From positions 1-64,000 of the IMG/VR virus record IMGVR_UViG_3300033463_000093: a stretch of DNA of 64,000 nucleotides. One strand, 5' to 3'. This document shows, piece after piece, positions 27,613 through 36,271 of this stretch. Position 1 is the stretch's first letter, and every line of letters starts with the position of its first letter. This stretch comes from a virus. Lineage: Duplodnaviria; Caudoviricetes. The notes under the pieces were generated by a model that was given only the letters and a program-made list of their open reading frames with translations, ran no database searches and was not told the origin of the DNA. The position numbers and the translations under genes are program-made.

Positions 27613-28035
27613 CTAACGGTAGACGATTACCATAGACGGAGCAGGCGCAGCGTTCTTCTGACTACCGAACTTCAGACGTCCACGGACAAAACGGATTTCA
27701 GCCTTGCCGTACACATAGTCATGGAACCATGCCGTGTCTGTCCTTGCAAAAACAAGGGCTACGACGGTGGTATTAGATTTCTGCGATTCCTCATAGCATT
27801 TCCTTATCCATGCTCCGACCTTGCGACCATAAGGGGGATTGCAGAATACGACATTACCGCTCCAGTCCTGCACGAGTCCGTCATCATCGGGCGTGTAGAA
27901 TTTGCTACACTTCGCGTTTGACGGCAAAGCGCAGGGGTCGAGGGTGAAATGAAACTCCTCGTTTAGTTTGTCGTAGAAATCCTGTGGCGTCGACCATACC
28001 TCGTCTTTTGACGAGAACATCAAATCTGTATTCAT
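27613..28035 (-). CDS. Phage DNA N6-adenine methyltransferase (Dam-like)
   Basis: WSTPQDFY..FTLDPCA..DGLVQDW..FCNPPYG..RTDTAWFH..FVRGRLKF. Confidence 0.92.
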   Translation of the reverse strand: MNTDLMFSSKDEVWSTPQDFYDKLNEEFHFTLDPCALPSNAKCSKFYTPDDDGLVQDWSGNVVFCNPPYGRKVGAWIRKCYEESQKSNTTVVALVFARTDTAWFHDYVYGKAEIRFVRGRLKFGSQKNAAPAPSMVIVYR

Positions 28036-28117
28036 ACTCCTGAAAATTTTGGTTAGACAATAGAAAGGGCGGGCAGTATCGCTCTGCCTCACCCCAACCA
28101 ACTAAAACTACGAAACA

Positions 28118-28660
28118 TCATTTGATAGCACTGACGATGGTTCTGATGTCGTTGAGCATCAGGGACGGGAGCTGCTTCTCGACAGGAATGTCAAGGTACT
28201 CAATAGCCTCGGGGAACTCCTCCTCAACCTTCTTGACGGTGCGCAGCTGCATGAGGGCGTTGAACACCTTGTCGCGGAAATCATTCCTTTCCTTTATTAA
28301 ATTGTTCTGTTCGTTTCTGACACTTTCGACAGACTCGAAATCCTTTGCATCGACCTTGATGTAGTTGCAGGAATAAGGAACGGGAATGCTTGTCGTGGCG
28401 GGAATGTAGCCGTACACATGCTGATGTCCATCGCTGTCAGTGGTAAGTTTCTGCACAACAGCGTTGTTGTTTGAACCGAGATAGTCGCCATACTCTTTGG
28501 CGCACGCAAGGACAGGCGCAGGAACGTACTTGATGACGAGCTTCGTCACTTTGTCGGTCAACTCCTGGTTTTTTCTCTCGATCTTACTTGAAAAAGCCTT
28601 CTCTGCCATAACGTCGGCTGCATCATAAGCCATCGTCTTTGTAATTCTAATACTTGCCAT
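28118..28660 (-). CDS. Nmad5-like (nucleotide-modification associated domain) protein
   Basis: RITKTMAY..A..V...QLRTVKKVEEEFPEA pattern. Confidence 0.6.
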   Translation of the reverse strand: MASIRITKTMAYDAADVMAEKAFSSKIERKNQELTDKVTKLVIKYVPAPVLACAKEYGDYLGSNNNAVVQKLTTDSDGHQHVYGYIPATTSIPVPYSCNYIKVDAKDFESVESVRNEQNNLIKERNDFRDKVFNALMQLRTVKKVEEEFPEAIEYLDIPVEKQLPSLMLNDIRTIVSAIK

Positions 28661-28717
28661 ATTCTTAAAATTTTTGGGGTTAATAATTGCGGCAGCCGTG
28701 CAAGACTGCCTTAGAGA

Positions 28718-29650
28718 CTAAGCATCAGGATTTTCCTTCTTAAACTTTTTCAGCTCACGGGGAGATGGTTTGAGCGCAATGCATTCGTTTGATTCGTTAC
28801 CGCAGTAGTCGTAGAACGAAATGCCAGTGTCTGTGAGAAGAAGGTCATTGATAGAAGGACAGCTTCCTCCTTGACTTGGACATATATCGTAGCCCATATA
28901 GGCTACGTCGGCATTGTTCAGGGCGTAGACGTTGCCACCATTAGAACGATCCCATATAAACGAGAGACCAGACTCTTTTGCCTTGTCAAAAGCATTCTTG
29001 AGCGCAAGGAGAAGATAAGACTGCTCTTTCGTAGGTCTGAGACGCAGTTCTGTACCTCGCTCTAAAAGTACCTCTCCGTCCTCGTCGATGACCTCGTACT
29101 CGTTGTTGTCATACGCAATCTTTCTGCTTGACCAAAACTCGTCGGGAAGGCTGCCTTCGTCAAGGCTCCAGCTGTAGTCTTTGTTTAAGATTGCAACAAT
29201 CTGAAGCGGAATGCTGATGGCTTGGCCGTTCTCGAATATCCAAGCCTCAAGATAGACGTTGGACGTACCCTTTTCTTCGTCGGGATCGCATACGTGACAG
29301 TTGCATCCACAAAGACGCTTCCTGTCCGCAAGTTTGAGCATATCCAACGTAGAATAATTGTTCTTGTGCATCTGAAGGTTGTTTTCAAAATCAGAGATTG
29401 TAAGATAAAGATTATAGTCTTCTTGAATGACATAATCCTTTCCATAGGCATCCGTTAGACGCGATACAACACTCTGATCCTTCAAGTTGACTACTACTCC
29501 TTCCACTTTTACGTGAACAAGTTTTCCGTCGGAATGAAGATAACCGCAAGTTTCGCATGTGTAGAACGAATACTTCACATTGGGCACTTTTGCCTCGTCG
29601 GCAGAAACTCTCTTGTAAACACTCTTAATTTTGCTTGATTTTTTTACCAT
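28718..29650 (-). CDS. Hypothetical protein (310 aa)
   Basis: Long ORF bounded by boundary elements. Confidence 0.7.
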   Translation of the reverse strand: MVKKSSKIKSVYKRVSADEAKVPNVKYSFYTCETCGYLHSDGKLVHVKVEGVVVNLKDQSVVSRLTDAYGKDYVIQEDYNLYLTISDFENNLQMHKNNYSTLDMLKLADRKRLCGCNCHVCDPDEEKGTSNVYLEAWIFENGQAISIPLQIVAILNKDYSWSLDEGSLPDEFWSSRKIAYDNNEYEVIDEDGEVLLERGTELRLRPTKEQSYLLLALKNAFDKAKESGLSFIWDRSNGGNVYALNNADVAYMGYDICPSQGGSCPSINDLLLTDTGISFYDYCGNESNECIALKPSPRELKKFKKENPDA

Positions 29651-29711
29651 AATTCTTTTATTTTAAAGGGTTAAACATAAATCGTGCCGTGTCCTTTGCA
29701 CGGCTTTAAGA

Positions 29712-29858
29712 CTACTTGGTGTCGTCAATCCATTCCGGCTTGAGCCAGGCGACGAGCACCCAGAAAACTACGGCTGCTATTGCAGCCCAAATCATAAGAG
29801 GGCCCGCGAAGAGCAGGCAGAGAAGAATGAGCCACGCCCATTTTGCAAGTTCTGTCAT
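29712..29858 (-). CDS. 48-aa membrane peptide (probable paralog of 26677..26823)
   Basis: MTELAKWAWLILLCLLFAGPLMIWAAIAAVVFWVLVAWLKPEWIDDTK. Confidence 0.6.
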   Translation of the reverse strand: MTELAKWAWLILLCLLFAGPLMIWAAIAAVVFWVLVAWLKPEWIDDTK

Positions 29859-29919
29859 AAATCAAACGTTATTTGGGGGTTTGGTTAGTTGAAGGAAGGC
29901 CACACGAGGTGGCCGTTCC

Positions 29920-31131
29920 CTAAGAGACTTTCTTCAGGGAGACGCTGTCGAAGGACAGGTCTCCGACGGCGGCGTCGTCATCATCGTCGTCGTTGTTGAG
30001 TCCGTTCCAATACGTCTCGTTGTACAGGGCGTCCTTGACCTCATAGTAGATGTCGGAAATCTGGTTCTCACACTCCCTGGCGGAGAAGCAGATGCACGCC
30101 ATGAACTCGTCCTTGTAGGACGCCATGATGCGGTCCAAGGACAGCGTGGGGTCGATGCCGAGCAGCGTCTCCATGGTGCAGACGTCCTGGTCGTAGTAGC
30201 CTCCGTCGAAGTAGTAGTCCCAGTCGTCTTCATCCCAGTCCGATTGAGACCCTTGTGCCGTCTGGATATACGATGACTTTTGTCCTGTCTGGACGGACGG
30301 CTCTTTGTTTTCTCCGGAATACCATTTGGATCCTCCGAACCAGTGATAGCCATAGCGACCGTAGCCGTAGTCCCAGTCGCCATAGCCACCCTCGAAAGGG
30401 TACACGTCAGTGCACGTCTCCACGATGTGCTCCACGAAGTTAAGGCAGTTCTCGAGCTCGGACAAAACCGTGATCTCCTGGTCGCTGTGCGCCTCGTAGT
30501 AGCCGCACGACAGGTTCAGGCACGAGATGCCGACACCACGATCGACGAGCTCGCCGACGTCCGTGACAGTGCCGTGGTCCTTCTTGTAGCCGTAAGCCTC
30601 GTAGCCGATGGCGTTGATGAAGTCCTCGGAGCATACGCTGCCGCAGAACATGGCGGTGATGAGGTCGCTGCTGCCCTTCCTGTCAGGCTGGACGATGAAC
30701 CGGCAGTCCTTGAAGAACTCAAGGTCCACCTCTCCAGAGCCCTTGCAGCCTATCTCCTCGCCTACGAAGAACGCCACTTTCATCACGTCGAACTTCCTGA
30801 GAAGCTCAAGACAGATGAAGATGCCGTTCTTGTCGTCGGCTCCGAGACCCTGCTGCTCGTGCATCTTCGGGGAGTAGCCTATGACGTCTCCGCCAATCTC
30901 CACGACCGTGAAGTCCTTGGAGTGTGCGTCCTGCACCTGGTCCATGTGTGCTGCCAGGCACGGGTACGTCTTCGACTGTCCCTTCGTGATGAGGAGGTTT
31001 CCGTATGCGTCAGTGACGATCTCTTCTGCCCCGCACTCTGCCGCCACCTTGCGCAGGTAGCGACGCATCTTCTTCTCGCTACCGCTCCTTGAATGGATGC
31101 GGTAGAGCTGGAATAATAATTCTTTGTTCAT
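29920..31131 (-). CDS. Zn-dependent exopeptidase, M28/M20-like, acidic tail
   Basis: AHMDQV, GADDKNG, EEIG, QPDR, YEAH metal ligands. Confidence 0.85.
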   Translation of the reverse strand: MNKELLFQLYRIHSRSGSEKKMRRYLRKVAAECGAEEIVTDAYGNLLITKGQSKTYPCLAAHMDQVQDAHSKDFTVVEIGGDVIGYSPKMHEQQGLGADDKNGIFICLELLRKFDVMKVAFFVGEEIGCKGSGEVDLEFFKDCRFIVQPDRKGSSDLITAMFCGSVCSEDFINAIGYEAYGYKKDHGTVTDVGELVDRGVGISCLNLSCGYYEAHSDQEITVLSELENCLNFVEHIVETCTDVYPFEGGYGDWDYGYGRYGYHWFGGSKWYSGENKEPSVQTGQKSSYIQTAQGSQSDWDEDDWDYYFDGGYYDQDVCTMETLLGIDPTLSLDRIMASYKDEFMACICFSARECENQISDIYYEVKDALYNETYWNGLNNDDDDDDAAVGDLSFDSVSLKKVS

Positions 31132-31193
31132 ATTCGTAAAAATTTAGTTGGTTAGAAAATGTGCGGCACGCCATGCAAGGCATGCCAAAAAGA

Positions 31194-33020
31194 CTAAGCG
31201 GCTTTCGCGATGAACTCCCAGTGTACCGGCTCGCCGTCGTACAGGACCTTGTCAATGACATGAAGCCCGTTGTACTCTGTGGCCATCCTGTACTCGACAA
31301 GATTGTTGAACGATTCGATAGAGATGGAGGATTTGAGGAACCTCTCGAAATAACGATTCCACTCATAAACGGTGATGACGTCATCGGCGTCCTCGAACCA
31401 CTCTCCGTCATAGGCCGACAATACATGGCCGTTGTCCCGGTGCCACTTTTCTTCGGCCTCGTCGAGGCAGTCCCCGCAGCAGTAGGTCTCTCCTGTAAGG
31501 TCTGAGTAGAATCCCTCTCCGTCGACGAAGAACTCTTCGCAGCGGTCGCAGCAGCAGAGGCCGTTTCCTTCCGGATCTTCCGCATTATATCCAGCGTAGA
31601 AATACTCGCCGTTGACCTCAATGCAGTCTTCCTCGAAACACGTCTCCCAATGGTAGCAGCCTCGTCCGTCATAGACACGGGCGTCCGCAACCTGGTGGTG
31701 GTAGAAATAGTCGTCGCGTGTCTCCACATAGTAGGCGTCATCCTCGTAGATGTATTCTTGGTTGTACTCGGACCAGACGTCGCTGCTGTGGTCGTTGAAG
31801 TTGAGCTCGCTGTCCGTGACGTCAAGGTCGATGTCGCCACATCCATAGTTGTCGGCACGCTGAGCGTCGTAGTCGAAGCTCTTGAACGAGTCCTGATAGG
31901 ACAGCGTGTCTCCGTTCTTAAGATGGCAGTCGATCCAGAACATCTTGTCCTCGAGGGAGTTTCCCTCGCAGTCCACGAACATTTTCTTTGCTCCGCAGCT
32001 CGCTCCAACGGCCTTGTGTCCGTCGATGTGCCCGCCCTGTATGAGGGCGGAGACAAGCTGACGCTGCAAGGACGGGTCGCAGGACTTGGAATACTGGCGC
32101 TCTGCCAGCCTCCAGATCCTGTCGCTGCCCACCTCGTGCACCTCGGTAAAGACGATGCAGCGTGCGTAGATCAGGCCGTTCTTGTCAGCCAGGTACGCAG
32201 CCTTCGCCTTCACAGCGTCACGATAGAACGTCCACTGGTCGTCTCCGACCATGCAGGAGCCGAAGCTGCCGGAATCCTCGTCGTAGCCGGCACAGCTGTG
32301 TCGGTCGTAGATGGCCTCGAAGTTGTCGTCGACATGGAGCTCGTATTCCGTGTCTCCGATGCATCTCCTGGCATGGTCTATCCATTCGGCCACGAACTCC
32401 TCGGACATCCACCGGTTTATCTGCTCGGGGAGATTTTCCGTGATGACGTTGCATGACAGGATGTGGTTGAACATCTTGCCCGCCTTCATCTTGAAAACAC
32501 GACCCTTCTCGATGTTGCGGTAGCGGATGGCGTTGAGCGTGCCGTCCTCGCAGAGACCTTCCATAGAGTCGGTCTCGAAGGAGTTGGAATGGAAGTAACG
32601 TCCGTTGAGCTTCAGATAATGGATGGAACCGGGAATCCTCAGCTCTTCATCCTCGAGCAGGCTGTAGACGTAAGTCTTCAGCGTCGGCAGCGTCTTGCAC
32701 GTCAGAGGCGAGAATTTTTCTGAGTAACGATAATGATTGTAACTCATCTGCTCGTTGAGTCTGATGAGAATGCGACCCATAAGTCTCTCGCCGGTAAAAT
32801 TACAATTAGTGTTGCATGACTCCCTGCGCCGCCTGTAGTGTCTCTTCATCTCGGCCAATCCCTGAATGAAAATGTACCTGATGTGAGCCTTGAGGAATCT
32901 CCTGTCCTTGTACAGGGCGAGGAGAATCTTGTTCTTGCGCGACTTGACTCCATTGCCGTGTTCGACAATACCGAATAGTTCCTTGAACTCTTCGTAGTCC
33001 TTAAAACTGTAGTAAAGCAT
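31194..33020 (-). CDS. Large hypothetical protein with C-terminal Zn-finger-like Cys motifs
   Basis: GSCM..YARCIV..LAERQY..LSYQDSF; CDRC..CGDC; start re-called at MLYYSF. Confidence 0.8.
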   Translation of the reverse strand: MLYYSFKDYEEFKELFGIVEHGNGVKSRKNKILLALYKDRRFLKAHIRYIFIQGLAEMKRHYRRRRESCNTNCNFTGERLMGRILIRLNEQMSYNHYRYSEKFSPLTCKTLPTLKTYVYSLLEDEELRIPGSIHYLKLNGRYFHSNSFETDSMEGLCEDGTLNAIRYRNIEKGRVFKMKAGKMFNHILSCNVITENLPEQINRWMSEEFVAEWIDHARRCIGDTEYELHVDDNFEAIYDRHSCAGYDEDSGSFGSCMVGDDQWTFYRDAVKAKAAYLADKNGLIYARCIVFTEVHEVGSDRIWRLAERQYSKSCDPSLQRQLVSALIQGGHIDGHKAVGASCGAKKMFVDCEGNSLEDKMFWIDCHLKNGDTLSYQDSFKSFDYDAQRADNYGCGDIDLDVTDSELNFNDHSSDVWSEYNQEYIYEDDAYYVETRDDYFYHHQVADARVYDGRGCYHWETCFEEDCIEVNGEYFYAGYNAEDPEGNGLCCCDRCEEFFVDGEGFYSDLTGETYCCGDCLDEAEEKWHRDNGHVLSAYDGEWFEDADDVITVYEWNRYFERFLKSSISIESFNNLVEYRMATEYNGLHVIDKVLYDGEPVHWEFIAKAA

Positions 33021-33082
33021 ATAAATCCTTTCTTTTAGTTGGTGAATAATGTTGTCGTGGCTGCACACGCAGCCGTAGAGAC

Positions 33083-33370
33083 TCATCTGGCGTCCGTCTG
33101 GAGAAGACGGAGATCGTAGAGATCGTAGAGATTGTAGAGATTGTCGTCCTCCGTTACGCTGCACGAGAAATGGTACATACTCTCAGTTATGCGCAGGTCT
33201 TTGAACACCTCCTCGTCAGAGTCGGGATCGTCATCCCTCGCCGTACTGAGCGCAAGCTCGCGCTTCTTCTCATAGAACTTTGCAGCGTCCTCCATGTCGA
33301 GGAAGCTGTCGGAAGTCACATACACATCTCCATGAAACACATGGACATAAACTACATTGTACACTTTCAT
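33083..33370 (-). CDS. Hypothetical protein
   Basis: Contains an in-frame 9-nt tandem repeat (NLYNLYDLYDL). Confidence 0.6.
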   Translation of the reverse strand: MKVYNVVYVHVFHGDVYVTSDSFLDMEDAAKFYEKKRELALSTARDDDPDSDEEVFKDLRITESMYHFSCSVTEDDNLYNLYDLYDLRLLQTDAR

Positions 33371-33409
33371 AATTGTAAGAGTTGGTTATTAGCGGAGCCG
33401 TTCGGCTCC

Positions 33410-33547
33410 TCAGAGACTCCTGTACACATTGTACGATACATAAACACATACCGCCGTCACGATCAAGGCAGACACGCATGACGCATAGAGCCATGCAAAC
33501 ACAGACATCGCCACCTCTGGCACTGCCGAGAAAATAATCTTCTTCAT
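33410..33547 (-). CDS. 45-aa membrane peptide
   Basis: MKKIIFSAVPEVAMSVFAWLYASCVSALIVTAVCVYVSYNVYRSL. Confidence 0.55.
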   Translation of the reverse strand: MKKIIFSAVPEVAMSVFAWLYASCVSALIVTAVCVYVSYNVYRSL

Positions 33548-33620
33548 ATCGTTCAATATTGGTTAAAAAGTCAGCACAGGCAGGTGAACGAACGAAAAAC
33601 CCCACCCATGCCGTAAGAGA

Positions 33621-33806
33621 CTAAGCGAACCTGCTCTCGTAGTTCGACACGTTCAGCTTCATGCGACGTGCGAACGCCTGAGCCCATCCACGATAGACAT
33701 AGAGATTGGACACTCTGCGCCAGCGGCCGTCCGAATCGGTCAGCCTGGCCACGCACCATCCACCCTTGTCGTGGACAATCTTGTAGATACCTTTTCCGTA
33801 AATCAT
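33621..33806 (-). CDS. Hypothetical protein
   Basis: Bounded by boundary elements. Confidence 0.65.
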   Translation of the reverse strand: MIYGKGIYKIVHDKGGWCVARLTDSDGRWRRVSNLYVYRGWAQAFARRMKLNVSNYESRFA

Positions 33807-33853
33807 AACAATTCAGGTTGGTTAAACATAGCGGGAGCTTCTGCTCCCTGAGA

Positions 33854-34120
33854 CTAATACTCGATGAGGACGTCTCTCGTCCGCTCGTTGATGAACTTGC
33901 AGTGGGAGATGTCACGGAAGTCGATGCCGATTTCCCGGAAAAACTCCTCGTAGCGGCTTGTCAGCCACGGGCTCTCCTTGAGCATGCGCAGGGCGGTGAA
34001 AAACGTGGTGACTTTCTCGACGGTCATCCTCACAGTCTTGTGAAGGCCGTTCTTCAACGTGACGATACACTTGAAAATTGCGGTCGTCTTCAGTTCCGGA
34101 TTGATAATTCTTTTTCTCAT
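33854..34120 (-). CDS. Hypothetical protein
   Basis: Start re-called at MRKRIIN. Confidence 0.65.
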   Translation of the reverse strand: MRKRIINPELKTTAIFKCIVTLKNGLHKTVRMTVEKVTTFFTALRMLKESPWLTSRYEEFFREIGIDFRDISHCKFINERTRDVLIEY

Positions 34121-34175
34121 AATCGTACTTTTTAGTTGGTGAAACAATCGTACTCCCCAGACGGGGAGCTGGAGA

Positions 34176-34391
34176 CTATCCCTCTGCCATCGTACGCTCG
34201 ATGCGCTCTATCTCCTCGGTGTAGTCGCGCAGGAACTTCCTGCCTCTGTCGGAATCGTTCAGCCAGATGCCGAGCCATACGAAATACACCATACCAGCCG
34301 TGTTTATCCACAGGCTACCCTCGCTGAAGACGGCCACGACGGGCACCACTGCGAGGAACGCACACAAGTGCAGCAAAATTCTCTTTCTCAT
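34176..34391 (-). CDS. Two-TM membrane protein (71 aa)
   Basis: Hydrophobic N-terminal half; first gene of the bounded array. Confidence 0.65.
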   Translation of the reverse strand: MRKRILLHLCAFLAVVPVVAVFSEGSLWINTAGMVYFVWLGIWLNDSDRGRKFLRDYTEEIERIERTMAEG

Positions 34392-35219
34392 AATCGTACT
34401 TTTTTCAAGTTGGTTAAAATTCGTAGACGGGAGCAGGTCTCCCTGACATCCCGCCCGTAGTCTCTCCCACTTCGTTCTTTATCGTACTCGCTTCTCCTGG
34501 GACTCTCCGTTTCCGGACATCTTTGCCCCAACCGTGGGATGTGGCAGTTTTGTGAATCGTACTGCCAAACCATTCTTTATCGTTCGGGTCTTGCACCCTA
34601 AATATCTTTCGTTGCAGCCGTTCTCCGTACTTGCGTACTCGTTCGGCCCGACCATCCTAAAGTGATTAAATGTGTTGTCGTACTCGTCGACGGGAACCAC
34701 CACGACAGAATCGCTCATCTGCCGTACTGCACAGGGCAGTCGTTCTCGGCCAGTAGCCAGCCGTTATTATCGTACTCGCTCACGCGAGGAATAATAGACT
34801 AAAAGAATATGATTTATTCATGATAAGCCCTCGCCGTGCATTCAGCGGGTGGGAATATCCTCTCACGTCACCGGCTAATAAGACTCAGTCGTTCTCTTGC
34901 TCTCGCTCAACGCCTATCCGTTCACCTGACCCACATCTGCATCTTGACTTGCGACCGCTATCTCTCTCTCAGCGCTCCGTTCCGTATCGTACTTGGCTAC
35001 GCATCCTGCGCTGGTCGCCCGTGGCTTCGGTTCGCCGTTCACGGAACACGTCCGTCACGGCTCAGCCTGCGTATCGGCTGCGGCTCCTCCTACTCCGTAC
35101 AGAGTACGTCATCGGTCTCCGCATACGCTCTAACCGCTTGAATGCTGTTCGTCCGGGCTTGCAACCGGCATCCCGAAGGATGGCCACATTACAGGGAGTC
35201 ACACTCCCTGTGCTCTGTG

Positions 35220-35330
35220 TCAGATTTGGGAAATCACGTCCGCTATCATCAGCGCCAGCGACACCGCAGCGCTCAGCGCTCCCACGACGATCCCGATCCT
35301 CGCAAGGATGACTATCTTCTTCTCGCTCAT
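35220..35330 (-). CDS. 36-aa single-TM peptide
   Basis: MSEKKIVILARIGIVVGALSAAVSLALMIADVISQI. Confidence 0.5.
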   Translation of the reverse strand: MSEKKIVILARIGIVVGALSAAVSLALMIADVISQI

Positions 35331-35335
35331 ATCGT

Positions 35336-35626
35336 TCAGTATTCTATCGTGTTGTTCATCAGCCCGTTCCAGAATCCCATGAGGTCCTTCACGCTGCTGT
35401 CGTTCGTGGTCAGGCAGATGTCGCTCGCCATGTTGTTCTTCTTGATGTATTCCGTATTGAGCTCCACCATTTTGCTGACAATCGTGTCAGCGTATTTCCG
35501 TTCGAGGGATTCGGGGATGCTCACGGGAAATTGCTCGTAACAGATTCCAGGGTACGGGATTTCCCTGCGGTAGCGCAACAATATCCAGATTGTTCGCTCG
35601 TTCCGTTTGTTCGTTCGTTTACTCAT
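35336..35626 (-). CDS. Hypothetical protein
   Basis: GAACGAT-ATG leader shared with neighbouring genes. Confidence 0.55.
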   Translation of the reverse strand: MSKRTNKRNERTIWILLRYRREIPYPGICYEQFPVSIPESLERKYADTIVSKMVELNTEYIKKNNMASDICLTTNDSSVKDLMGFWNGLMNNTIEY

Positions 35627-35760
35627 ATCGTTCGTTCGTTCATATCGTTCGGGCTGTTCGTTCGGCTCGCCCGTTTCTCCGTCACGTCTGCATTTATAGA
35701 GGCTTGTGACTCTCAGGGGATCAGATCCCTGGCTGCATTACCGGAAAATAAACACAAACA

Positions 35761-35792
35761 AGGAGAGGGACAGGTTTTTCCTGTCCTCTCCT
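35761..35792 (-). terminator. Terminator after the first early gene
   Basis: AGGAGAG(G)GACAGG/CCTGTCCTCTCCT stem with a T-rich tail on minus. Confidence 0.6.
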
Positions 35793-35814
35793 TATTAGGT
35801 CGGTGTGTGCTATC

Positions 35815-36204
35815 TTACTTTCCCGTAAGCATTGCCAATAAGGCCTGTTTTTGCTCTAAGGTCAAGTTAGCGAACTCTTTGTTCAAGTTGTTGTTAGCTA
35901 CTTTCTCCTTGTTCAGCCGATAGCGTATATAAGTTGCAATGGCGGTTTTGTCATCGGTGGTGGGCACTAAATACCATTTTACACCATCAGATTCAAAGGT
36001 TTTCACCTTGTCCATATTTTCCGGACGGCTGTCGGTTACTTTGTATTTGCCGTTTTCGGTACGCTCACATACCGCTTTGATAAAGTTTTCACCCGTCACC
36101 AACTCAATAACTGAGTTCACACTTTTGAGAAAACTTTCTTTCGTTGTCTCTCTTACTACTCTACCGCTCTTTTCGTTGTTAGCAGTCTTTGTTACTTTTG
36201 CCAT
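35815..36204 (-). CDS. Lys-rich first early protein (129 aa)
   Basis: Own promoter and terminator; start re-called at MAKVTK. Confidence 0.7.
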   Translation of the reverse strand: MAKVTKTANNEKSGRVVRETTKESFLKSVNSVIELVTGENFIKAVCERTENGKYKVTDSRPENMDKVKTFESDGVKWYLVPTTDDKTAIATYIRYRLNKEKVANNNLNKEFANLTLEQKQALLAMLTGK

Positions 36205-36271
36205 AATTGAAAAATTTTTTGTGTCCCCTCTTGTGGGTGGTAGGACTTGCACCCTTATTGATTTCTTTATG

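Larger units (their letters stand above)
23925..34801 (-). repeat. Array of 17 dispersed boundary elements: (T)AGTCT - 2-5 nt - variable hairpin - TTAACC/TCACC - A-rich leader
   Basis: AGACT on + at 23949, 24659, 25121, 26015, 26674, 27337, 27610, 28715, 29709, 29925, 31191, 33079, 33414, 33618, 33851, 34173, 34796, each just right of an inverted repeat. Confidence 0.85.

Noticed and set aside
23925-34801. CRISPR array
   Set aside because: Repeats are not identical, the intervening segments are whole genes of 150-1900 bp, and no cas genes are present.
23925-34801. Canonical integron attC sites
   Set aside because: No RYYYAAC/GTTRRRY cores, and the recombinase is co-oriented downstream rather than divergent; kept only as an analogy.
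23925-34801. Boundary hairpins as ordinary rho-independent terminators
   Set aside because: On the transcribed strand the stems are followed by A-rich leaders rather than U-tracts, and termination would not explain the conserved AGTCT.
34820-35311. Plus-strand 163-aa ORF, and ORFs 34388..34573 and 34479..34718
   Set aside because: Arg/Ser/Pro-rich or overlapping, no leader motif; the 34820 ORF is also opposite to the local transcription direction. More likely non-coding.
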